From an archaeon (GTDB taxonomy: Archaea > Nanobdellota > Nanobdellia > Pacearchaeales > UBA284): 14,988 bases of DNA. The DNA lies in contig DAOWHW010000041.1 in the NCBI GenBank assembly GCA_030641225.1, forward strand, positions 1 to 14,988. The letters run 5' to 3'. The notes beneath the pieces are model-generated. The model saw only the letters and a list, made by a program, of their open reading frames with translations. It did not search any database and was not told the DNA's origin. The translations under genes were made by a program, and so were the position numbers. Positions 1 through 7,274 of the stretch are shown here, in pieces; positions within the stretch are counted from its first letter, which is position 1, and each line of letters opens with the position of its first letter.

Positions 1-1
1 A

Positions 2-895
2 AGTACTGTTTTTGGAGCAATACATGAATATTGCAGGAGCAAGGGTTTTTATGAATTTCACTCTCCCTGCCTAACAAGTGGCACAGCTGAAACGGGGCCT
101 ACTTTGTTCAAGGTAGATTTTTATGGAAAACCTCTTTATCTTACTCAGACATGGCAATTTTATGCTGAAGCAGGAATATTCTCACTTGAAAAAATATATA
201 CAATTGCCCCAAGCTTCCGTGCAGAAAAATCAAAGACCCCAAGACATCTATCAGAATATTGGCATGCTGAAGTAGAAGTAGCATGGTTTGATCTTAACAA
301 AATTATTAATTTTACAGAAGTTCTTGTTAAATATGTTATTAAAAAAGTTCTTGAAAAAAATAAAAGAGAACTCGAATTTCTGAAAAGAGACACAAAAGCA
401 TTAAAGACAGCTTTAAAGAAAAAATGGCCAAGAATAACTTATGATAAAGCTCTCAAATTATTAAAAGAAAAGAAAAAGATGAAGATTGCTTGGGGTAAGG
501 ATCTCAGGACAATAGAAGAAGATAAATTAACAGAACTTTTTGATACACCAGTTTTTGTCACACATTATCCAAAAGAAATTATGGCTTTTTATAAGCCGAG
601 AGATCAAAAGAAACCAAAAACAGCAAAATGTTTTGATTTACTTGCTCCAAGTTATGGAGAATTGGTTGGTGGAAGTGAAAGAGATCCAAGTATAAAAGAG
701 ATTATTAAATCTCTTAAAGCAGCTGGCGAGAAAGTTGATAAATATAAATTTTATCTTGATACTAGACGCTATGGTTCCATTCCACACTCTGGTTTTGGTC
801 TTGGAATAGAAAGACTGATAACCTGGCTCTGTCATCTTGATAATATTAAAGATGCAATTCCATTTCCAAGAACAATGCAGAGATATAAACCCTAA
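2..895 (+). CDS. asnS: Asparaginyl-tRNA synthetase (class II), C-terminal portion; CDS runs off the 5' edge of the window
   Basis: The listed ORF begins at an internal TTG (104). The same frame is open back to base 2 and reads STVFGAIHEYCRSKGFYEFHSPCLTSGTAETGPTLFKVDFYGKPLYLTQTWQFYAEAG, a class II AsnRS pattern. Also RAEKSKTPRHLSEYWHAEVE, GELVGGSER, and motif 3 HSGFGLGIERL..IPFPRT. Confidence 0.95.
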   Translation, partial: STVFGAIHEYCRSKGFYEFHSPCLTSGTAETGPTLFKVDFYGKPLYLTQTWQFYAEAGIFSLEKIYTIAPSFRAEKSKTPRHLSEYWHAEVEVAWFDLNKIINFTEVLVKYVIKKVLEKNKRELEFLKRDTKALKTALKKKWPRITYDKALKLLKEKKKMKIAWGKDLRTIEEDKLTELFDTPVFVTHYPKEIMAFYKPRDQKKPKTAKCFDLLAPSYGELVGGSERDPSIKEIIKSLKAAGEKVDKYKFYLDTRRYGSIPHSGFGLGIERLITWLCHLDNIKDAIPFPRTMQRYKP

Positions 896-939
896 AAAAA
901 TCAAAATCAAAAAAATAAAAACAAAATGAAAAACAAAAG

Positions 940-1605
940 ATGAAAATAAATTCAGCAGATATTCAATGGTTGGGACATGCAACATTCAAAATTAATATCG
1001 CTGACAAGGTTATTTATATAGATCCTTATCAACTTACAACAGAAGAAAAAGCAGATATTATTCTTATCACGCATAGCCATTATGATCATTGTTCTCAACA
1101 AGATATCGAGAAAATAGTAAAAGATGGAACAGTAATCATATGCACAGCAGATTCTCAGAGCAAAATAGCAAGAATAAGTAAGAAAATTAAACTTGAATTA
1201 ATTGAACCAGGTATCGAGATAACTCTAGGCTCAATAAGAATAAGGGCTATGGAAGCTTATAATATCAATAAAAAATTTCATCCTAAATCAGAATCTTGGG
1301 TTGGTTTTATCATTCAAGAAAATAACATAGTAATTTATCATGCTGGTGATACTGACATTATTAAAGAAATGAAAAAATTAACTGGCTATGCAAAGAAAGG
1401 AAATAATTTTATTGCCTTACTGCCAGTTGGAGGAACCTATACTATGAATGCAGAAGAAGCAGCCAAAGCTGCTTCAATTATCAAACCAACCTTAGCGATA
1501 CCAATGCACTATGGAGCAATTGTCGGCTCTAGAGCTGATGCAGAAAAATTTATTAGTCTTTGCAGAGAACAAGAAATTAAAGCACAAATTTTAGAAAAAA
1601 GTTAA
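940..1605 (+). CDS. Metallo-beta-lactamase-fold metal-dependent hydrolase (UlaG / UPF0173-like)
   Basis: WLGHATFKI, HSHYDHCSQQDI (HxHxDH motif), HAGDTD, PMHYGAIVGS. Confidence 0.88.
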   Translation: MKINSADIQWLGHATFKINIADKVIYIDPYQLTTEEKADIILITHSHYDHCSQQDIEKIVKDGTVIICTADSQSKIARISKKIKLELIEPGIEITLGSIRIRAMEAYNINKKFHPKSESWVGFIIQENNIVIYHAGDTDIIKEMKKLTGYAKKGNNFIALLPVGGTYTMNAEEAAKAASIIKPTLAIPMHYGAIVGSRADAEKFISLCREQEIKAQILEKS

Positions 1606-1620
1606 AATTTCATAATTTTA
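1603..1620. terminator. Weak bidirectional stem-loop between convergent genes
   Basis: TAAAATT-TCAT-AATTTTA, 7 bp A/T stem in the gap between the MBL hydrolase (+) and EamA (-) stop codons. Confidence 0.3.
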
Positions 1621-1624
1621 TTCT

Positions 1625-2515
1625 TTAAATCACAATTAAAAATGTTCCAGCTATAATCAATACTATAGCAATTATTTTTTGAATTATTATACTTTTTCTT
1701 AGCGGTTCTCTCACAATTTTACCAGCTCTGCTTAAGGCTATCGCAATAATAAAAACAAAAAGACCCTGTACAGCTCCGAGAGCAGAAACCAGTGAGATAG
1801 CGGGGGCGATCTTGATAATATAAATATAGACAATGAATGTTATAGCAGAAAGTACACTGATGATTATTACATGGCGAAATCCTCTTATTTGCGCTTTTTT
1901 AGTAATAAGTGGATGATGAAAAATTAATAAAATTATAGCAACAAAAAAACTACCTAAACTAATCCAAAAAAGTAATTGGAAAGAAGAAGCATAAAGTGTA
2001 GCATATCTAACAAGAACACTTCTTGTTGCAAAAAATATTGCAGCTATTAAAACAGCGATGATAACAGAACTTAGATATAATTTTTTACTTTTTTTGTGTT
2101 TTTTTATTGAAATTAAAAATCCCCCAGCAATAAGCAAGGCCATTCCAGTATATCTAATTGCTGTAAAAAATTCCTGCAAGAAAATTGTTGCTAAAATAAG
2201 GGTAAATAAAGGAACAAATTCTAACATAGGCATGACTCTTGAGACTTCTTCATGTTTAAGGCTTTTATAATAGAAAAAAATAGCTATCATAAACATAACT
2301 CCTGCAATAACTGAAGCTAAAATAATATTAAATGGAAGTTTTATTTCTTGATTAGTTATAAAAAATACCAAATTAAATAAAATGAATATTATGACTCCAT
2401 AAACAGTTGTACATAAAAAAGGATCCCTGAGCTCATCTGTAACAATATGTTTATCATAGATATTAATGATTGCCCAAAGAAATACTATTATTAACATTAA
2501 AATTAACCATAACAT
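1625..2515 (-). CDS. EamA/DMT-superfamily transporter (about 10 TM)
   Basis: Multi-TM hydrophobic protein with duplicated EamA-like halves (FIFYYKSLKHEEVSRVMPMLEFVPLFTLILATIFLQE; SALGAVQGLFVFIIAIALSR). Confidence 0.75.
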   Translation of the reverse strand: MLWLILMLIIVFLWAIINIYDKHIVTDELRDPFLCTTVYGVIIFILFNLVFFITNQEIKLPFNIILASVIAGVMFMIAIFFYYKSLKHEEVSRVMPMLEFVPLFTLILATIFLQEFFTAIRYTGMALLIAGGFLISIKKHKKSKKLYLSSVIIAVLIAAIFFATRSVLVRYATLYASSFQLLFWISLGSFFVAIILLIFHHPLITKKAQIRGFRHVIIISVLSAITFIVYIYIIKIAPAISLVSALGAVQGLFVFIIAIALSRAGKIVREPLRKSIIIQKIIAIVLIIAGTFLIVI

Positions 2516-2518
2516 TTT

Positions 2519-3658
2519 TTAAAACATAAATTGATAAATTATTCCAAAAGCAAAAAGCAAGATTAATAGTGCTGCGATAAACCAATTAATAGGAAAAGTG
2601 AATTCTGGTTTTCTTTGTCCTATTTTTTTGGCTTTGATTGCCATTAATATGATTAAAATTCCTCCAAGGCCCCCAGCGACAGCTCCTGAAAATGAAATAA
2701 TATCAATAAAACTTGCAAATTGGAATAAAATAATTGGTATTGTTATTAATAAGACAGGAATACAGGTAAGAAGCCATGAAGTAAAATGTTTGAATTTTAA
2801 ATCATACCAGAAAATTTGTTTTTGTGCTATTCCAATTGCAAGAAAAGAAGTAAACATTGTGAAAAGAGCAAAAAGACAAGCAATTCTTCCAAGACTTATT
2901 GTTGCAATTTCTGGAGTTGCTTGTCCACTATAAGCAAAAACCGTCAGCGTGAATAGAATATAAACAGCAATGGGAATTATTGATCCTACTATTATAGCCT
3001 TTTTCATAGATGCTTTTGCCTTCTTGCTTTTCAAAATTTCTTTCATTTCAGGAATTGCGGCAAAACCAAGATAAGCAAAAAGTATGGCCCCATAAGGAAA
3101 GAAAAATCTTAAATTAAGAAAAGGATTATATGTCTTAAGATTTGCAAGTTGTGCTTGTGGTAGGAAAAAGATTGCTATAGCAATTACGGTTACAAGGATT
3201 GCCACTAAACCTATCAGCTCGCCTTTACCAAGTGTTTTAAGACCAAAGAAAATAAGTATGGACATTATAATAAAAAAAGCTAATGCAAACGTAATATTTA
3301 GAGATATAGAAGTTATACCAAAAAAAATGAAACTAAGAACTTCACCTTCACCAATCATATAGGCAACAAGAGCACCATACTGGATTAACATCATTGATAT
3401 CAACATTAAAATTCTGCCCATCTTGCCCAAATAAATAGAAGCATAGCCTGGCAACTGATGTTTTCCTTTTGTTCTCAAAATAATTTCACCAAGATAAAGA
3501 TGTGCAAGTAATGTGATAAGACCAATACCTATAATGTTTATTAGCCCCCAAAACAAACCAGCCTGAGCAAAAACATAAGGAATTCCAAGAATTCCAGCAC
3601 CAATTATCATTCCTACAAGAGTGGCTATAGCCTCGGCTGTATATAACCTCTTTTTCAT
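2519..3658 (-). CDS. Amino-acid permease, Aa_trans/aromatic amino acid permease-like
   Basis: N-terminus TAEAIATLVGMIIGAGILGIPYVFAQAGLFWGL followed by about 11 TM segments; GYLGFAAIPEM-type segment (FAYLGFAAIPEMKEIL). Confidence 0.8.
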   Translation of the reverse strand: MKKRLYTAEAIATLVGMIIGAGILGIPYVFAQAGLFWGLINIIGIGLITLLAHLYLGEIILRTKGKHQLPGYASIYLGKMGRILMLISMMLIQYGALVAYMIGEGEVLSFIFFGITSISLNITFALAFFIIMSILIFFGLKTLGKGELIGLVAILVTVIAIAIFFLPQAQLANLKTYNPFLNLRFFFPYGAILFAYLGFAAIPEMKEILKSKKAKASMKKAIIVGSIIPIAVYILFTLTVFAYSGQATPEIATISLGRIACLFALFTMFTSFLAIGIAQKQIFWYDLKFKHFTSWLLTCIPVLLITIPIILFQFASFIDIISFSGAVAGGLGGILIILMAIKAKKIGQRKPEFTFPINWFIAALLILLFAFGIIYQFMF

Positions 3659-3706
3659 AATTCAATAAGAAAAATGAATTTTATAAAACTAACCCAAAAT
3701 TTATTT

Positions 3707-4954
3707 TTAGAAAGGTAAGAGCCTTAAAACTAAGGCAGTGATTGGAGCTATAGTTAAATTATCAAGCCATGCTGAAACTAATTCAGTAAGCATAACAACA
3801 GCTGCTGCAATGACAACAACATAAATACCAATATTCAAGAAAGGCATTAAAAGCAGGCCAATAATTAATGAAGAAACAAAACATGCAAGCGAACCTTCAA
3901 GACTTTTATTAAATATTAGCATTTTTTTACCAAATTTAATTCCAATTATTTCTGCAAAAAGATCACCAACCACCAACATTGAAAGAGCAATAATTGCATA
4001 CTCTTTTGCAAAAAAAGCGACTGTAATAATACAGCCAATTAAAAATAAACTGAGATTAGAAATTTTCTTGTCAGACTTTTTATATAATTTTTTGAGATGT
4101 TTCTTTTTTAATACTCTGGCTATATCTTGAGAAATAAAAAATAAAAAGATGACTCCAATTAAAACCAAGAGCCAGAATTTTGACATAACAAAATAAAGTA
4201 AAGGAAAAATTATTGTCGCAAGCCGCAATAATTTTCTTAATACTTTTATTTTTTTCTTCTTTCTTTTACCAAATTTCATATCTTTTTTCAAATTTTTTAG
4301 ATTTTTTGTTGTTATTATTGATGTAAATATAACATACAACAAAAAGAATGTTAATGCAGAAGCAAGAATAATAAGATTAAATCTAATTGCATTTATCCAA
4401 ATTACTGTGAGCCATATTGGGACAAAAATAAATGCAGTTAAATTACCAGATCTTTGTATATAATAAAAAATAGAGCCACAAATAACAAAAACAGCTCCAG
4501 AAAAAATTAAAGGCATCAGCATAGGCAATCCAAAATTATTAAGAATACTTCTAAATAAAAAAATGCTGAGCAAAATTATAAATCCATAAGTTGTTGCAGC
4601 TCCTTTTCCTCCTTTAAAATTCAGATAAAAAGGAAAATCATGACCTAAAATAGCAAAAAATCCTGCAAAATAAGCTGCAAGAGGTATTAAAGAAGCATTT
4701 GGAACATTCATAGGAGCCTGAAATATTAACAAGGTTATATAAAAAGCAATAATACCTTTTAACATATCAAACATTGCTGTAATAACACCAGCCCATTTTC
4801 CTATAACATGACCCGCATTCATTGCACCAGCATTTTTACTTCCATATTTTCTTATATCAATTTTTTTAACGAGTTTTCCTAAAATATAAGCAGGACTAAT
4901 ACTTCCTATAAGATATGCTAAAACTAGTGACAAGATCCATAAAAAAATTTCCAT
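3707..4954 (-). CDS. Fusion protein: N-terminal PlsY-like glycerol-3-phosphate acyltransferase and C-terminal CTP-dependent polyprenol/diacylglycerol kinase-like (CTP_transf_1 superfamily) domain
   Basis: N-terminal PlsY motifs: YLIGSISPAYILGK, YGSKNAGAMNAG (GSxNxGAxN), ILGHDFPFYLNFKGGKGAAT. C-terminal half: RKLLRLATIIFP...GDLFAEIIGIKFGKK...NKSLEGSLACF...TELVSAWLDNLTIAPITAL, matching the SEC59/VTE5/DGK1-type kinase pattern. Confidence 0.82.
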   Translation of the reverse strand: MEIFLWILSLVLAYLIGSISPAYILGKLVKKIDIRKYGSKNAGAMNAGHVIGKWAGVITAMFDMLKGIIAFYITLLIFQAPMNVPNASLIPLAAYFAGFFAILGHDFPFYLNFKGGKGAATTYGFIILLSIFLFRSILNNFGLPMLMPLIFSGAVFVICGSIFYYIQRSGNLTAFIFVPIWLTVIWINAIRFNLIILASALTFFLLYVIFTSIITTKNLKNLKKDMKFGKRKKKKIKVLRKLLRLATIIFPLLYFVMSKFWLLVLIGVIFLFFISQDIARVLKKKHLKKLYKKSDKKISNLSLFLIGCIITVAFFAKEYAIIALSMLVVGDLFAEIIGIKFGKKMLIFNKSLEGSLACFVSSLIIGLLLMPFLNIGIYVVVIAAAVVMLTELVSAWLDNLTIAPITALVLRLLPF

Positions 4955-5021
4955 TTTACTTCTTTTTTTCTAAAATAATATAAACAATAACACTTATTAA
5001 GCTTTTTCTCTTCTATATTTT

Positions 5022-5093
5022 GGGTCTATAGTCTAATGGATAAAACGACTGGCTTCGGACCAGTAGTTGGGGGTTCGACTCCTCCTAGGCCCA
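5022..5093 (+). tRNA. tRNA-Arg, anticodon UCG; CCA not encoded
   Basis: Cloverleaf by eye: acceptor GGGTCTA/TAGGCCC (one G.U), anticodon arm ACTGG-CTTCGGA-CCAGT (anticodon TCG), T arm GGGGG-TTCGACT-CCTCC, discriminator A. Eukaryote/archaeal-like A box TAGTCTAATGGATAA. Confidence 0.93.
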
Positions 5094-5813
5094 TATTTCT
5101 ATAAAATAAAAAGTCTCATTATCTTTAACATGCTTGACAAATTTTAGATGTAAAGAATTAAGCATGTCTTCAAACCATTTTCTTTCTCTCAATCTTTTTC
5201 TGCCACCTAAGGTAATGTTAGAAAAACTTGCAATTATATATTTTGATTTCTTTGATATTTTTTCAAGTAACTTTTTTGTTATGTTCTGCTCAATATCTTC
5301 GAGAGCATCAAAAACTTTAAGGCAGAAATAAATATCAGCTTTTTCAAAACTTATGTTAAGAATATTTTTACTAAAAATTTTTCCATTAATATTTTTTTCT
5401 TTAGCAAATCTATTAACAAATTTTACAATAGCTTTATCTATATCATATCCAATATATTCTTTTGGAATAAAATTATTATAATACAAGGCAATAAGATTGA
5501 AACCGCAGCCAAGATCAATTATCTTTTTTGCATTGATTTTTTTTATCTCAGAAATTAGCCAAGGATAAATGTCAAATCTTTCTCTTGTTGATCTATGCAT
5601 GCGAAGAACATCTTTTGAAAAAACAATCTTTTCAAATTTTTTATAAAATCTTTGTGATAAGGCCGAAGTACTAATTTTCCTGAGTTTTGCTCTAACAAAT
5701 TTTAGTTTTTCTCTTTCTGTTTTTGCTTTTATTACTTTCATTATTTCTTTTATAAAATTTTTATTAATAAAACTGTATGGTTTTTTTGCTGTTACTTTTT
5801 CTATACTAATCAT
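5085..5813 (-). CDS. Putative 16S rRNA (guanine-N7) methyltransferase of the FmrO/Rmt (aminoglycoside-resistance) type
   Basis: MHRSTRER, SAM motif KIIDLGCGFNLIALYY, YIGYDID, KVFDALE, and SFSNITLGGRKR. These match the FmrO/Rmt pattern (H.STRER, DLGCG.NPLA, DID, K.L..LE, SFP..SLGGR). Confidence 0.7.
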   Translation of the reverse strand: MISIEKVTAKKPYSFINKNFIKEIMKVIKAKTEREKLKFVRAKLRKISTSALSQRFYKKFEKIVFSKDVLRMHRSTRERFDIYPWLISEIKKINAKKIIDLGCGFNLIALYYNNFIPKEYIGYDIDKAIVKFVNRFAKEKNINGKIFSKNILNISFEKADIYFCLKVFDALEDIEQNITKKLLEKISKKSKYIIASFSNITLGGRKRLRERKWFEDMLNSLHLKFVKHVKDNETFYFIEIWA

Positions 5814-5858
5814 ACAAGAGATAGAAAATTAAAACTTAAAAAATGTTTCGAAGTAAAA

Positions 5859-5866
5859 TTTATAAA
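5859..5866 (+). promoter_or_regulatory. TATA box for the RuBisCO gene leader
   Basis: TTTATAAA in the divergent intergenic region, about 40 nt before the mini-ORF ATG and 70 nt before the RuBisCO ATG. Confidence 0.5.
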
Positions 5867-5934
5867 CTTTTTTTTCCTTAATTTCTAAAGGAAAAAGAGG
5901 CAGAATGAATAGAAAAAGCATGAGGAAGTAAAAA

Positions 5935-7200
5935 ATGAAATATACAGATTATGTTGATTTGCATTATAAGCCTAAAAAGACAGATTTAGTTTGTTTTTTT
6001 TATATGGAGCCTGCTCGTGGTGTGAAGATTAAAAAAGCAGCAGGAGCAGTAGCCTCTGAATCTAGTATTGGAACATGGACTGAAGTTACTAAAGCTCCAA
6101 AGAGAATAGATAAATTAGCTGCTAAGGTTTTTTCTATTCACAAGAATTATGTTAAAATAGCTTATCCTTCTGTCTTATTTGAATCTAGCAATGTTCCACA
6201 AATCTTGAGCAGTATTGCTGGAAATATTTTTGGAATGAAAATTATAAAGAATTTGAAACTTCTTGATATAGAACTTCCAGAAAACATAATTAAAGCTTAT
6301 ATAGGACCAAGATTTGGCATTCATGGTATAAGAAAAATTTTAGGTATTAAAAATAGGCCTCTTCTTGGAACAATAATTAAGCCTAAGTTAGGATTAAATG
6401 AGAAAGAGCATGCACAAGTTGCTTATCATGCCTGGATAGGTGGTTGTGATATTGTTAAAGATGATGAGAATTTGTCAAGTCAGCCATTTAACAAATTTTT
6501 AAAAAGAGTAAGTTTGACTCTGAAGGCCAGAGATTTTGCTGAAGAATTTACAGGTGAAAAAAAAGTGTATATGCCAAATATAACAGCTGAAACAAAAGAG
6601 ATGTTAAGAAGAGCAAGATTTGTTGAAAGACATGGTGGAAGATATGTTATGGTTGATATTATTTCTTGTGGTTGGAGTGCCTTACAAACTTTGAGAGAGG
6701 TTAATCAAGAGCTTAAATTAGTGTTGCATGCTCATAGAGCAGGATACGCTGCTTTTAGCAGAAATCCAAAACATGGCATTAGCATGTTAGTTGTTGCAAA
6801 ACTTGCTAGGCTCATAGGAATAGATCAAATTCATATTGGAACTATTATTGGAAAAATGGCTACACCTAAACGCGAAGTTGTTGATCTTGACCAAGAGATG
6901 GAAAAAAGTTTTGTTGGGAAGTCAGAACATCTTCTTGAGCAGAGATGGTATCATATCAAGCCAGTTTTTGCTGTCTGCTCTGGAGGTTTACATCCTGGAC
7001 ATGTTCCCTATCTCGTAAAACAACTTGGTAAAAATATTATTATACAAATGGGTGGTGGCATCCATGGCCATCCTTTAGGCACTTATGCAGGAGCAAAAGC
7101 AGCAAGACAAGCCCTACTGGCAGTAAAGGAAGGAAAAAATCTTAAGGAATATGCAAAAGAACATTTAGAATTAAAAAAAGCCCTCGAATTCTTTAAATAA
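5935..7200 (+). CDS. rbcL: Ribulose-1,5-bisphosphate carboxylase large chain, form III-type
   Basis: ESSIGTWTEV, GTIIKPKLGL, GGCDIVKDDENLSSQPF (carbamylated Lys and metal ligands), HAHRAGYAAFSRNPKHGISM, HIGTIIGKM (loop 6 Lys), CSGGLHPG, QMGGGIHGHPLGT. Confidence 0.96.
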   Translation: MKYTDYVDLHYKPKKTDLVCFFYMEPARGVKIKKAAGAVASESSIGTWTEVTKAPKRIDKLAAKVFSIHKNYVKIAYPSVLFESSNVPQILSSIAGNIFGMKIIKNLKLLDIELPENIIKAYIGPRFGIHGIRKILGIKNRPLLGTIIKPKLGLNEKEHAQVAYHAWIGGCDIVKDDENLSSQPFNKFLKRVSLTLKARDFAEEFTGEKKVYMPNITAETKEMLRRARFVERHGGRYVMVDIISCGWSALQTLREVNQELKLVLHAHRAGYAAFSRNPKHGISMLVVAKLARLIGIDQIHIGTIIGKMATPKREVVDLDQEMEKSFVGKSEHLLEQRWYHIKPVFAVCSGGLHPGHVPYLVKQLGKNIIIQMGGGIHGHPLGTYAGAKAARQALLAVKEGKNLKEYAKEHLELKKALEFFK

Positions 7201-7231
7201 TAAAGAATGTAAAAGAAAGTTAAGAGAAAGA

Positions 7232-7239
7232 TTTATAAA
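7232..7239 (+). promoter_or_regulatory. TATA box upstream of the EF-1alpha gene
   Basis: TTTATAAA inside AGATTTATAAATATA, about 35-40 nt upstream of the ATG at 7275. Predicts a short 5' UTR. Confidence 0.6.
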
Positions 7240-7274
7240 TATATTTTTTGTTGTCAATATAATTTAACTTGAAA

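Noticed and set aside
104-106. TTG listed as the start of the first ORF
   Set aside because: The frame stays open to base 2 and encodes conserved AsnRS sequence, so this is an internal codon.
160-985. Minus-strand ORFs 160..393 and 638..985
   Set aside because: Antisense of the well-supported AsnRS CDS; hydrophobic or low-complexity translations with no family pattern.
2058-2933. Plus-strand ORFs 2058..2270 and 2598..2933
   Set aside because: Antisense shadows of the EamA and Aa_trans membrane-protein genes.
5134-5331. Plus-strand 65 aa ORF
   Set aside because: Antisense to the methyltransferase; no supporting features.
6836-7018. Plus-strand 60 aa ORF inside rbcL
   Set aside because: Out-of-frame shadow inside a strongly conserved gene.
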